The position numbers and the translations under genes are program-made. The notes beneath the pieces were generated by a model that was not told the origin of the DNA, did no database searches, and saw nothing but the letters and a program-made list of their open reading frames with translations. Shown here piece by piece: positions 38,800-48,730 of a DNA stretch of 64,000 bases. Position 1 is the stretch's first letter. Each line of letters begins with the position of its first letter. This DNA comes from Candidatus Eiseniibacteriota bacterium. GTDB taxonomy: Bacteria > Joyebacterota > Joyebacteria > Joyebacterales > Joyebacteraceae. The stretch lies in the NCBI GenBank assembly GCA_030622115.1, contig JAUXGN010000008.1, positions 8,185 through 72,184 of the forward strand, given 5' to 3'.

Positions 38800-39711
38800 A
38801 TGAAACGCTTCCTCGTCGTTCTGTTCGCGGTCAGTTGTCTGGTATTGCCGGTATCGGTGTTTGCCGAGGATGGTTCTGCCGGACTGGCCTTTCTGAAGTT
38901 GGGTGTCGGCGCGAGGGCTATCGCAATGGGCGATGCCTACACGGCCGTGGGTGGGGATGCGGTGTCAATCTACTGGAACCCGGCGGGGACCGTGTCCGTC
39001 GATGGAATCGACGTCGGCCTCATGCACGCCGAGTGGTTCCAGGGCATCCGCTACGAGTTCCTGGGCGCGGTGATGTCGGATGGTTCCCAGGCGTTTGGCC
39101 TGAGCGTGGTCGGCCTCTACATGGACGATCTTGAACGAAGGGAAGGGCCGACATCGGAACCGATTGGCCACTTCGGAGTCTTTGATTTTGCGTTCACAGG
39201 CAACTACTCCAGGCGATTGACCGAGTCATTCGATGTCGGCGGATCGGTCAAGTACCTGCATCAGAAGATAGACACCGAGCTTGCCCGCGGCGTCGCAGTT
39301 GATCTCGGTGCGATCTACCGCTTTCCCGCTGTGGCGGGTCTCAGCGCCGGCGTAAGCGTCCAGAACCTCGGTCCCCAGATGAGTTTCATCGAGGACGAGT
39401 TCGACCTGCCGGTTCTCTTCAAAGTGGGAGCGGCGTACGGTGCGCCCGTGCCCGCGCTGAACGGGGATCTGCTCCTGAGCGGCGACGCGGTCGTACCGAA
39501 CGATGGAGATGTGAAGACTCACCTGGGCATCGAGTTCGAGTACGCCGATATGTTCGCGCTCAGGGCAGGCTACCGCACTGGGTGGGACAACCAGAACATC
39601 TCACTTGGCTTTGGAGCCAAGATCCGGGGCATGCGCGTTGACTATGCGTACGTCCCGTTCTACAGCGAGCTGGGTGACACACACCGTGTCTCGCTGGGCT
39701 TCTCGCTCTAG
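38800..39711 (+). CDS. FadL/TodX/PorV-like outer-membrane beta-barrel protein
   Basis: GGGAGGAA RBS, signal peptide, GARAIAMGDAYTAVGGDAVSIYWNPAG N-terminal signature, C-terminal ...VSLGFSL. Confidence 0.55.
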   Translation: MKRFLVVLFAVSCLVLPVSVFAEDGSAGLAFLKLGVGARAIAMGDAYTAVGGDAVSIYWNPAGTVSVDGIDVGLMHAEWFQGIRYEFLGAVMSDGSQAFGLSVVGLYMDDLERREGPTSEPIGHFGVFDFAFTGNYSRRLTESFDVGGSVKYLHQKIDTELARGVAVDLGAIYRFPAVAGLSAGVSVQNLGPQMSFIEDEFDLPVLFKVGAAYGAPVPALNGDLLLSGDAVVPNDGDVKTHLGIEFEYADMFALRAGYRTGWDNQNISLGFGAKIRGMRVDYAYVPFYSELGDTHRVSLGFSL

Positions 39712-39840
39712 CGCGAGGCCGATCGGCGGTTCGAGCGCGGCTTCAGGGAGCGCCGAAACAGACCAAGGATTATGCGAGGGCCCCTGCGTGGGGTCCTCGT
39801 TCTATCTCGTGGCTTGAAACCGTGTGTTGTGAGGATCTTC

Positions 39841-40641
39841 CTAGGGTGTCCTTGGGTCGGCGGGAACGAGACCGCCCTCTTCCCACTGCAGCATGTGAAA
39901 GCCTGATGCGTTGAGTTCGACGACGGCGCGATTGGCCATCCAGTCTCCGACGATGATGGCGGTCCCACCGCTTCGTTCCCACAGTCGCGGGGTGTGGATG
40001 TGCCCAACGATTGCGGCGTCGAATCCTTCGTCGAGCTTGTCAAACAGGAAGCTCTTCATCGATGGAATGGCACGTTCTATACGGGCATCGTTGATCGTCG
40101 AGAGGCCGGACGCCCAGCGTGCGATTGCCGAGCCGACCGAAGGGGGCAGAAGGCGAAACGCTGCGATCGCCGGCCCGCTCCGAATGACGGCCTTGAGCAT
40201 ACGGTAGGCCCAGTCCCCAGCCGGGAGACCGTCACCGTGTGCGATGAAGAGCCTGCTGCCGAAATGCGTCACCGTGACCGGATCCCGTGAGACAACGGCG
40301 CGCGAGCGGCGCTCGAAGACTGCCCCGGCCCAGTAATCGTGGTTGCCACCAAGAAACGTGATGGAGACGCCGGATTCAGCCAACGCAGAGAGAGCATTGA
40401 GAACGGCAAGATGCTCGGGAGGCCCCGCCGTCCGGAACTCGAACCAGAAATCGAAGAGGTCTCCAGCGATATAGAGATTGCAGGCTCTTCCGCGAAGGTA
40501 GCCGAGAAGATCGCAGAGGGCCTTGACCTTTGCATCTTCAGTGGCCTTGTCCTCGATTCCGAGATGCGCATCAGCGATGAAGAATACGCTCTCGGCGGGC
40601 GTCTGAAGCCGTGAAGATGGCATGTCACTTGCTCCACTCAT
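39841..40641 (-). CDS. lpxH: UDP-2,3-diacylglucosamine hydrolase LpxH-like metallophosphoesterase
   Basis: FIADAHLG, GDLFDFW, GNHD calcineurin-like/LpxH motifs; start placed at MSGASD rather than longer upstream ORF. Confidence 0.65.
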   Translation of the reverse strand: MSGASDMPSSRLQTPAESVFFIADAHLGIEDKATEDAKVKALCDLLGYLRGRACNLYIAGDLFDFWFEFRTAGPPEHLAVLNALSALAESGVSITFLGGNHDYWAGAVFERRSRAVVSRDPVTVTHFGSRLFIAHGDGLPAGDWAYRMLKAVIRSGPAIAAFRLLPPSVGSAIARWASGLSTINDARIERAIPSMKSFLFDKLDEGFDAAIVGHIHTPRLWERSGGTAIIVGDWMANRAVVELNASGFHMLQWEEGGLVPADPRTP

Positions 40642-40872
40642 GACAACTTGCCTTCGTGTTGTAATAGCGCCCGTAAAGCTGCGATTCCGAACGATTCCGA
40701 CAGGATGAAACCGCTTGACCAAAGACGACCGAATAGCTAAAATCACACCCGATTCACTAGGTGCAGGCAGTGATTTCGGGGTTTTCTGCCTCGAAACACA
40801 CCTCCAAGCGCCAATATAGCGTGCGGGCGTGGGACCGGCAAGCAAGAACCGAGAGGTTCGGAGGATGCACAC

Positions 40873-41253
40873 ATGTCGAAGTTTTGGGATGATGTGAAGA
40901 GCGCGATCGTCGACGGTTACATCTACGCGGCGGACAAGGCTGAAGAGATGACTCAGATAGGCCGTGCGAAGGTGGACATCTTGAGCACGAACCGGAGAAT
41001 CGCCAGCGCGATGTCTGATCTAGGCGGCAGAGTGTTCGAGTTGCACGATGACGACAAAGCGAGCGAGATACTCGACGACGCGAGCGTCCTCAGTACGATC
41101 GAGCGGATAAAAGACGAGCGCCTGGAACTGGACCGACTCAAGGCGGAGATCGCGGAGATCAGGGAAATGCGTGAGCAGGCTCGTGAGGAGGACGCGGCGG
41201 ATGATGAGTCGGCGGATGATGAGTCGACAGGTGAAGCCGGCTCCCAGGAGTGA
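40873..41253 (+). CDS. acidic coiled-coil hypothetical protein
   Basis: 126-aa ORF, C-terminal Asp/Glu-rich tail; no family recognised. Confidence 0.4.
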   Translation: MSKFWDDVKSAIVDGYIYAADKAEEMTQIGRAKVDILSTNRRIASAMSDLGGRVFELHDDDKASEILDDASVLSTIERIKDERLELDRLKAEIAEIREMREQAREEDAADDESADDESTGEAGSQE

Positions 41254-41358
41254 AGACCAATCCAGCGCATCACCTAAACGACTGATGCGCGTGGCTGTCG
41301 AATATGGAAACGTGTGGGTCAGTCGGTACGAAGCGCGTGGAGAAAAGGGTGGCAGGGC

Positions 41359-42840
41359 ATGAGAGGGTTCAATACATGGATCATGGGAGGCGTCTTCCTT
41401 GTCTTGGTGGGCGTGCTCGGCGGAGTCATCATCACCACGAGTTCGAATCTGGCGCCGATATCCAGTGCACAGGAAATGAGATCAGGCGATCTGAATGTCA
41501 GCGGGCTGGCCGCCGCGGCACTTGACGAGAGTCCATTTGTGGCGGTCGCCGATGAGGTCATGCCGGCCGTAGTCAGTGTGGACACCAGGAGAACGATCAG
41601 GCGGGGAGTTGATCCCTTCAACGATATGTTCCGGAGGTTCTTCGGGGAAGCCCCAGAGGGGGATTCAGAGCCCCAGTACCGGGAGTATGAGGTTCCCGGA
41701 TCGGGGTCCGGGTTCATATTCGACCGCGGGGGATACATTCTGACGAACAACCACGTTGTGGCGGGAGCCGACGAGATCGTGGTGACCCTTCACGACGGGC
41801 GCGAGTTCTCCGCCGTGGTTGTGGGAGAGGACCCGAGCACGGACATCGCCGTCATCAAGATCGACGGCGACGATCTGCCGGTTGTGAGGCTCGGTGACTC
41901 AGACAGAATCAGGGTCGGAAGCTGGGCGATCGCCATAGGGAATCCGCTCGATCTAGAGGGTACCGTCACAGTCGGCGTCGTGAGCGCGGTAGGAAGAGTG
42001 GACCTTCAGATCAGTGGAGGCGCACCCATCTACCAGGATTTCATCCAGACCGATGCCTCGATCAACTTCGGGAATAGCGGAGGACCGCTCTGCAACGTCA
42101 GGGGTGAGGTCATCGGCATCAATGCGGCTATCAACGCGGCTGCAGAGGGCATTGGATTCGCGATACCGATCAACCTTGCGAGTAACGTCGCGGACGCGCT
42201 CATGACAGAGGGCCGGGTCGTCCGCGGGTATCTCGGCATCGTTCCGCAGGACATAACGAATGATCTTGCGGAGGCGACCGGGCTCGAGAGCACGGACGGG
42301 GTCCTTGTCGCCAGCGTTGAACTGGATACCCCGGCAGCCGATGCCGGGCTTCTGGCAGGCGATGTGGTGAAGAGCTTCGCCGGCGTGGCGATCGATGGCG
42401 CCGCGCAGTTCAGACGCGTCGTGGCCGGTGTGGAGCCGGGAAAACGGGTCGAGGTTGAGATCATCCGGGCCGGGCGCACGAGGACGCTTTCAGCGGAACT
42501 GGCGGAGAGACCCGGCGAGGAAACGGTGTCGATCGATGAGCCAGCTCTTGGGGAGATATGGTTTGGTCTGGAGGTCGTGGGTCTGGACAATCCTGCTGCA
42601 AGGCAGCTGGAGATTGAGATAGACCACGGGGCGCTCATCGTGCGTGTCGAGAGGGGAAGCGCGGGCGATCGCGCGGGCCTCGAGGCCGGTGACGTCGTTG
42701 TCCGCATAGGAAACACGGATGTCAAGGATGTGAAGGAGTACCGCGAGGCCATGGCGAAGCACGAGGGGATCGAGAAGGCCCTCGCTCTCATGGTGCAGCG
42801 GGGCGCACACACCTACTTCGTGGCTGTGAAGCCGGGATAG
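41359..42840 (+). CDS. htrA: periplasmic serine endoprotease DegP/HtrA (trypsin-like + 2 PDZ)
   Basis: Catalytic His (LTNNHVV), Asp, GNSGGPL Ser motif, two PDZ-like regions. Confidence 0.85.
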   Translation: MRGFNTWIMGGVFLVLVGVLGGVIITTSSNLAPISSAQEMRSGDLNVSGLAAAALDESPFVAVADEVMPAVVSVDTRRTIRRGVDPFNDMFRRFFGEAPEGDSEPQYREYEVPGSGSGFIFDRGGYILTNNHVVAGADEIVVTLHDGREFSAVVVGEDPSTDIAVIKIDGDDLPVVRLGDSDRIRVGSWAIAIGNPLDLEGTVTVGVVSAVGRVDLQISGGAPIYQDFIQTDASINFGNSGGPLCNVRGEVIGINAAINAAAEGIGFAIPINLASNVADALMTEGRVVRGYLGIVPQDITNDLAEATGLESTDGVLVASVELDTPAADAGLLAGDVVKSFAGVAIDGAAQFRRVVAGVEPGKRVEVEIIRAGRTRTLSAELAERPGEETVSIDEPALGEIWFGLEVVGLDNPAARQLEIEIDHGALIVRVERGSAGDRAGLEAGDVVVRIGNTDVKDVKEYREAMAKHEGIEKALALMVQRGAHTYFVAVKPG

Positions 42841-42984
42841 TGGGGTTCTGGTGGATAGCCGGAGGTAGACGCGCTACCCATCGAGAATCGGGAACCCATT
42901 GTCTCCTCGGGGCATCACAATAGGGGAGTACATGGACCGGGGTCTGCCCGGGTATTCAGGGGAGTTTGGAGGTAGTAGAACAAG

Positions 42985-43839
42985 ATGCCGTACTACGGAG
43001 AACCAGCAGAGGAAGACAAGAGCTTGGAGCTCTATCTTAGAGAGATCGCCAGGACCCCGCTTCTGACTCGTGAAGAAGAGCAGGAGCTTGGGAGGCTGAT
43101 CCTCAAGGGTGACCAGGGTGCTCGCGACGCGCTCGTGCAGGCGAATCTGCGTTTCGTCGTGAGTGTAGCGAAGGGGTACGCCCGGAAGACGGACGCTCCG
43201 ATCATGGATGTCATAAACCAGGGCAACCTTGGGCTGATAGAAGCGGCGAATCGCTTCGATGCCGAGCGTGGACGCAAGTTCATTACGTACGCGGTCTGGT
43301 GGATCCGCCACGCCATCCTCAAGGGTATGGCCGAGCAGTCGGGAGCCATGAGACTCCCACTTAACAAGACGGGGGCCATACGCAGGATGTGGCGGACGCT
43401 TGAGCGTTTGCGTCAGGAGACCGGGCGGGAGCCGACCGACAAGGAAATCGGGGACGAGATGGGTCTCAAGGCTTCGGTCATCGCGGATCTCAAGAAGCTG
43501 TCAGTCAGCAGTCTCTCACTGGACGCGCCGCTCGCCCTCGACGAGAATCTGAACCTCGGCGACATGGTCGCCGATCCCGCAGATGACCCGGCGGAGTATC
43601 TGCTTCACTACGAATCGCTTGGGCAGGAGGTCGACTTTGCTCTCGACGTGCTGACCGAGAGGGAGTCGCTGATCGTCAAGCACTACTTCGGACTCGAGGA
43701 AGAGGACAAGAAGACGCTCGAGCAGATCGGTGCGATGATAGGTCTGACTCGCGAGCGCGTCAGGCAGATCAAGGAAGAGGCGCTTACGAAACTGAGGAGC
43801 GCGCCGCGGGCTGAGGAACTCCTGGTCTACCTGCACTAG
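42985..43839 (+). CDS. RNA polymerase sigma factor, sigma70 family (group 2/3, RpoS/RpoH/FliA-like)
   Basis: Region 2 (LYLREIARTPLLTREEE, LRFVVSVAKGY, GNLGLIEAANRFD, YAVWWIRHAI), region 4 HTH (TLEQIGAMIGLTRERVRQI). Confidence 0.75.
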   Translation: MPYYGEPAEEDKSLELYLREIARTPLLTREEEQELGRLILKGDQGARDALVQANLRFVVSVAKGYARKTDAPIMDVINQGNLGLIEAANRFDAERGRKFITYAVWWIRHAILKGMAEQSGAMRLPLNKTGAIRRMWRTLERLRQETGREPTDKEIGDEMGLKASVIADLKKLSVSSLSLDAPLALDENLNLGDMVADPADDPAEYLLHYESLGQEVDFALDVLTERESLIVKHYFGLEEEDKKTLEQIGAMIGLTRERVRQIKEEALTKLRSAPRAEELLVYLH

Positions 43840-44160
43840 AGACCAGGCAGCACGAACTCTGTTGTACCTACACCCACCGTCCGGAAGGATGGTGGGTGTA
43901 CGTCGTTTTCAGGCTTCTTGCATGAGCAATCTGCTTGACGGGGCACCCGGCTTCTCCATACCATCACTGATAAGCCCTGCCTGCAGGGGTGCGCCCGATA
44001 GGGCTGTGGGCGCATGGGGTGTGGCGATCCTCAAGGGCTGCCGGGTTTCTTGAGAGAACCCAGCAAACGGAGAACGGTCTTCGTTGTCTATATATGTGTA
44101 GGCGGAGACTGTAGCAGTGCCGGACAAGCCCGGTCGTGAGGCCGAGACGGAGCCCCCGTT

Positions 44161-45468
44161 ATGATACGCGCCCACCATCTCATGGTGATCGCAGCCATGC
44201 TTGCACTGATCCTCGTCACGGGATGCGCTGACGTGGATCGTGTGGTGTTCGTGACGCGGATCCTTCCCAACGGCGTCACGATAATCGCGAGTGAAAACCG
44301 CGGGTCCGACATGGTCTCAGTGCATCTCTGGGTCCGCGACGGAACTCTGTATGAATCAGCCGATAAGGCTGGTACGGCCGCGCTTCTTCGAAGCGTGATA
44401 GTATCCCCGGCTCGAAACCCAAGCCTTGATGAGAGGGCTCATGAGTTTGCGAACGGCGGTGGTGTCGTCATGGCGAGCCCGTCACATGATTTCGTCTACT
44501 ACGTCACGATCTGTCTTGCCGAACACTTCGAAGAGGCTGCGGAGCTTCTCCACATGGGTACGACCGACGCCGTCTTCAGCGATGAGGATGTTGAGACCGC
44601 CAAGCAAGGGCTCCTTATCTCACTCGGCCAGTACGGCTCAAGTGTGAGGGAGCAGACGTATCTTGCCTGCATGAAGAGCATGATGGGGGACCATCCCTAC
44701 ACGAGGCTCTCGTACGGGTCCGCGGATGTCGTCGCAGCCCTTACATCCGACGATCTGCATGAGAGACATCGCGACATGTATGTCGGCAGGAACATGGTCA
44801 TCTCGGTCGTTGGGAACGTCAACGCCGTGCGCGCGGTCGACGTCATCGAGTCCTTCTTCGGCGACGTGCCGGAAGGTGAGTTGGCAGAGCCGGCCGCGGA
44901 GACCGTTGTCTGGCGCGGCGAGGGCAGTGATGAAGTTCTTCATGGGGAGGGATTCTCTCCATACATCATTGTCGGTTTTCCGGCGCCGAGCGGCTCTGAT
45001 GAAGACGTGGCTGCGATGGATCTTCTCCTGATGCTTCTGGGGAGGGGAAGGGCATCGCGGCTTGAGCGCGGCCTTATCCTGGATGAGCAGCTTGCGGTCA
45101 GTGTCAGCGCAGGGTGGGGGACGAAGCGACAACCAAACCCCATCATGGCTTGGGTTGATGTGGGCGACCATGACGTTGACAGAGCCAGAGAGGCTACCGT
45201 CGAAGCGTTCCTGTCGCTGGCAGATGATCCGATTGACGAAGATGACGTAGCCCGTGCGCGGATCGCGCTCTTGACCGAGGTGGCGGAAGCCAGATGCATT
45301 ATGGCAGAGCGAGCGTCCTACCAGGCCTATTGGGCCGTCGTGAGTGGGCCGGGCTTCATAGACGAGTACATGGCCAGGATCGATGAGCTGACCGCGGAAG
45401 ATCTCGAGCGCGTGGCCAGGAAGTACTTCCGGCGCGACAACTATTCGGTCGCCATCGCTTTGCCGTAG
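44161..45468 (+). CDS. M16-family (pitrilysin-like) lipoprotein, predicted non-catalytic (HxxEH absent)
   Basis: Lipobox LVTGC; M16 fold signatures, zinc-binding position reads GTAALLRSV instead of HxxEH. Confidence 0.6.
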   Translation: MIRAHHLMVIAAMLALILVTGCADVDRVVFVTRILPNGVTIIASENRGSDMVSVHLWVRDGTLYESADKAGTAALLRSVIVSPARNPSLDERAHEFANGGGVVMASPSHDFVYYVTICLAEHFEEAAELLHMGTTDAVFSDEDVETAKQGLLISLGQYGSSVREQTYLACMKSMMGDHPYTRLSYGSADVVAALTSDDLHERHRDMYVGRNMVISVVGNVNAVRAVDVIESFFGDVPEGELAEPAAETVVWRGEGSDEVLHGEGFSPYIIVGFPAPSGSDEDVAAMDLLLMLLGRGRASRLERGLILDEQLAVSVSAGWGTKRQPNPIMAWVDVGDHDVDRAREATVEAFLSLADDPIDEDDVARARIALLTEVAEARCIMAERASYQAYWAVVSGPGFIDEYMARIDELTAEDLERVARKYFRRDNYSVAIALP

Positions 45469-45478
45469 GAACAGGGAC

Positions 45479-46807
45479 GTGAGGATGATGCGACAGAGAG
45501 CACGCAGAATGAGATTCGCCGTGGGTGCGGTTGCGACCCTTGTGGCAATGAGCGCCATTGCCGCAGCAGGTACGCGTCACGTGCGGCTTGACAACGGTCT
45601 GACTCTCATTGCCGTGGCCGATGGCTGGTGCGATATCAGCGCCGTCTCCGTCATGGTCGATGCAGGCTCGAGATGCGATCCGGATGAGCGTGGTGGTCTC
45701 GCGCAACTCACTAATGAGATGCTGTTCGAGGGAACACGCGATGCGACGTGGGAGGAGATCGTAGACGAGCTGGACAGGTTGTCCATCAGGCACGGCGCCC
45801 TGACGTCGGAGGACTACGCCGAGATCTATGTCACTTCGCACAAGACCCAATTCGACGCCGCCCTCGAATGGCTCGCCGAGTTCATGCTATGGCCCGTCTT
45901 CGACGAGGAACGTCTGGATCGAGAGAAGAAGGCCGCACTCGGTCTGCTCGAAGGCGAAATGAGCGATGCGTTCACACGGAACTACCACAGCTTGAGCGGG
46001 CTTCTTTTCCCGGGACATCCGTATTCCCGCCCCGTGCTTGGCACGCCCGAGAGCATCCAGGCGGCGACGCGGGATGAAATCCTCTCGTTCTATGAGCAAC
46101 ACTATGGCGGGAGTAACACCGTCGTTGTTGCAGTGGGCGATTTCGATGCCGACGAGATGGTCGCCGGACTCGAGGTTCTTTTCGCCGGCTACCCCGACCG
46201 TGATGTGATGCGGCGAGATCACTCTCCTGTCAAACTGGAAGGGCCTTCTGAACTCGATGTCTACCGCGAGGGCAAGGAAGGGTTCATCGAGATAGGCTTC
46301 CTTGGTCCTGAGGTAGGCAGCAATGACTATGCGGCGGTGCAGGTGATGGTTAGCGCCTTCGGTGACGGTTCCGGCTCGAGGCTTGCCGACTGCTTCGGAA
46401 AATATGATTCTGCGCAACTGATCGTCGCAGGAGCATTCGTCAGCGTCAGGTCCGAAGCTGTTCGGCTTGTCGCATATGCGTCTTCCGACGATGTCAACGC
46501 AACGCTTCAGACTCTCAACGAGGAAATCGAGAGGATGAAGACCGTGGCAGTGAGCGCCGTTGAGCTTGAGCAGGCCAGGAGCAGGATCGAGACCCGGTTC
46601 GCGGCAAGGGCCGAGAGAAGCGAGGACAAGGCGGCCGCCATCGCACGACGTCACCTGCTCGGTCTCCCGCAGGATTTCCGTGAGGCATATTTCGATCAAC
46701 TGGAGTCGGTTACGGCAGATGACGTGGAGCGCGTCGCGCGCACCTACCTTGTCAATCCCGCAACGGTCGTCGAGAGACCCGGCGAACCTCCAAGACGCGG
46801 CATCTAG
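45479..46807 (+). CDS. M16-family peptidase-like protein with degenerate zinc motif (QLTNE for HxxEH)
   Basis: Signal peptide; GLAQLTNEMLFEGT aligned to canonical GLAHFLEHMLFKGT. Confidence 0.6.
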   Translation: MRMMRQRARRMRFAVGAVATLVAMSAIAAAGTRHVRLDNGLTLIAVADGWCDISAVSVMVDAGSRCDPDERGGLAQLTNEMLFEGTRDATWEEIVDELDRLSIRHGALTSEDYAEIYVTSHKTQFDAALEWLAEFMLWPVFDEERLDREKKAALGLLEGEMSDAFTRNYHSLSGLLFPGHPYSRPVLGTPESIQAATRDEILSFYEQHYGGSNTVVVAVGDFDADEMVAGLEVLFAGYPDRDVMRRDHSPVKLEGPSELDVYREGKEGFIEIGFLGPEVGSNDYAAVQVMVSAFGDGSGSRLADCFGKYDSAQLIVAGAFVSVRSEAVRLVAYASSDDVNATLQTLNEEIERMKTVAVSAVELEQARSRIETRFAARAERSEDKAAAIARRHLLGLPQDFREAYFDQLESVTADDVERVARTYLVNPATVVERPGEPPRRGI

Positions 46808-46815
46808 CGTCGATC

Positions 46816-47289
46816 ATGAGACTGCAACCCCCGAGGTGTCATTTGATCATCGTAAGCGCGTGTCTTGTGGGACTGAAGACGCGGTATGACGGCGATGACA
46901 ATCTGGTCGAGTCGGTTCGTGAGCTGGTGGCGCGAGGGGAAGCGATCCCCATCTGTCCGGAACAGCTCGGTGGGCTCCCGACGCCACGAACGCCGGCTGA
47001 TTTCTCAGGTGGTGACGGCAGGGCCGTGCTCGATGGCGCCGCTCGCATTGTCGACCGAGACGGGAACGACGTAACCGAGGCGTTCATACGAGGCGCAGAG
47101 GAGTCGCTGTCCATTGCCCGCATGACCGGAGCGACCGTAGCCATCCTGAAGGAGCGAAGCCCCTCGTGTGGCTTGAGGCGCGTCTGGATTGACGGTGAAC
47201 TTGTGGACGGTAGAGGGGTTACGACCGCTCTCCTCGAGCGGCACGGCATCCGCATTGAATCAGAAGAAGACTGGCTCGACAAATCCTGA
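46816..47289 (+). CDS. DUF523 family protein (TudS 2-thiouracil desulfidase-like)
   Basis: IIVSACLVGLKTRYDGDDN and ICPEQLGGLPTPR conserved DUF523 motifs. Confidence 0.65.
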   Translation: MRLQPPRCHLIIVSACLVGLKTRYDGDDNLVESVRELVARGEAIPICPEQLGGLPTPRTPADFSGGDGRAVLDGAARIVDRDGNDVTEAFIRGAEESLSIARMTGATVAILKERSPSCGLRRVWIDGELVDGRGVTTALLERHGIRIESEEDWLDKS

Positions 47290-47391
47290 TGAGGCGTGTA
47301 CCCTGTCTGACAGCCCGTGCGATGAGTTGGCGTGCGAGGCGCGTTCGTGTATCCAGGCCACGGAGGTACATTGTTCAGCGCAGTGGGGAAT

Positions 47392-48675
47392 ATGCGGACG
47401 CCGATAGCCATTCTTCTGGTGGTGCTCGTGCTCGCCATGCTTGCCGGTTCAGTGGTGGCCGGTGAGAGTCTGACGAGTCTTCGCTACTGGACGGCGCCCG
47501 ATCACACACGCGTTGTTGTCGACCTTACCGGATATGCCACCTACTCGACACGCGTACTGTCGGACCCCGACAGAGTCGTCGTTCTCATAGAGAGCGCCGA
47601 TGCCGGCCAAGTGCCCCTGGCGACGGCGGTCGATGACGGGATCGTACAGCGAGTCCGCATCAACCAGCTTGGGAGTGGCACTCAGGTCGTACTCGATCTC
47701 GTCGGAGCGTCCGAACACAACGTCTTCTCTCTCAAACCGTATCTGGGGAAGCCGCACAGAATCGTTGTCGACGTCTTCAGCGAAGTCGATCCACGGATAT
47801 CAGAACCCGCGGTGCGAGACGGTGGACCGCTTGCGACCCGCGTTGTCGTTATCGATCCGGGGCACGGTGGAGAGGATCCGGGAACGCTTGGGAACGGGGT
47901 TCTGGTCGAGAAGGATGTTGTGCTCGACATGGGACACCGCGTTGCCAGGCTCTTGAGCGCAAGACCGGGGTACGATGTGCGGATGACGAGAGACGGCGAC
48001 TACTTCGTCAGTCTCAGGAAGCGGAAGCAGCTGGCCCAAACCTGGGGCGGAGACATCTTCATCAGTATCCACGGGAACTCGGCACCCAACCGTCGTGCAT
48101 CAGGCACGGAGGTCTTCTACGTTTCACCTCGCGGCGCGAGCGATCAGGCCGCGCGGGAACTGGCGGACCGCGAGAACGCAGCGGATATGGTCGGTGGTGT
48201 CTCGCCGGACGCCGCCCACGATGTTCTGTCTATCCTCGTCGACCTCAAGATGGGCGGCAACGTCCAGAAGAGCAGTCATCTCGCGACGATGATATCGAGT
48301 CAGGTCGCTAGCAGGGATCTGGGACGGTGTTCAATAAAGCAGGCGGGCTTCGTCGTTCTGAAATCGCTCTCAATGCCGTCCGTACTTGTCGAAGTGGGAT
48401 TTCTGTCGAATAGTCAGGACGTGGACAAACTGAGGCGTTCTGAATACAGGCAGGAGTACGCGGAGTGCCTGGTTCAAGCTATCGATGACTACTTCGGCTG
48501 CTATGTGCCGGCGCCGGCGGAAGGCAACGATACACACGTGGTCGCGGTCGGCGAGACGCTCTGGAGCATCGCGCGGCGTTACAACCTCTCTGTTGAAAAT
48601 CTGAGAAGGATGAACGGGCTTTCCGACGACGGCACGATCAGGATAGGGCAGGTGCTGTCCGTGGAGAAGTCGTAG
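47392..48675 (+). CDS. amiC: N-acetylmuramoyl-L-alanine amidase (AmiC-like: AMIN + Amidase_3 + LysM)
   Basis: VVVIDPGHGGEDPG, ISIHGNS, EVGFLSN amidase_3 motifs; C-terminal LysM (HVVAVGETLWSIARRYNLSVENLRRMN). Confidence 0.8.
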   Translation: MRTPIAILLVVLVLAMLAGSVVAGESLTSLRYWTAPDHTRVVVDLTGYATYSTRVLSDPDRVVVLIESADAGQVPLATAVDDGIVQRVRINQLGSGTQVVLDLVGASEHNVFSLKPYLGKPHRIVVDVFSEVDPRISEPAVRDGGPLATRVVVIDPGHGGEDPGTLGNGVLVEKDVVLDMGHRVARLLSARPGYDVRMTRDGDYFVSLRKRKQLAQTWGGDIFISIHGNSAPNRRASGTEVFYVSPRGASDQAARELADRENAADMVGGVSPDAAHDVLSILVDLKMGGNVQKSSHLATMISSQVASRDLGRCSIKQAGFVVLKSLSMPSVLVEVGFLSNSQDVDKLRRSEYRQEYAECLVQAIDDYFGCYVPAPAEGNDTHVVAVGETLWSIARRYNLSVENLRRMNGLSDDGTIRIGQVLSVEKS

Positions 48676-48730
48676 AGTTGCGATACCCGGCCGCACGGTC
48701 GTCGGGTGGAGAGTCACCAGGAGGGTAAAG

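Noticed and set aside
39841-40872. Long 343-aa version of the LpxH-like ORF
   Set aside because: The N-terminal ~77 codons are Arg/Pro-rich low-complexity without a signal and precede the conserved FIADAHLG start region; the internal Met (MSGASD) gives a typical LpxH length.
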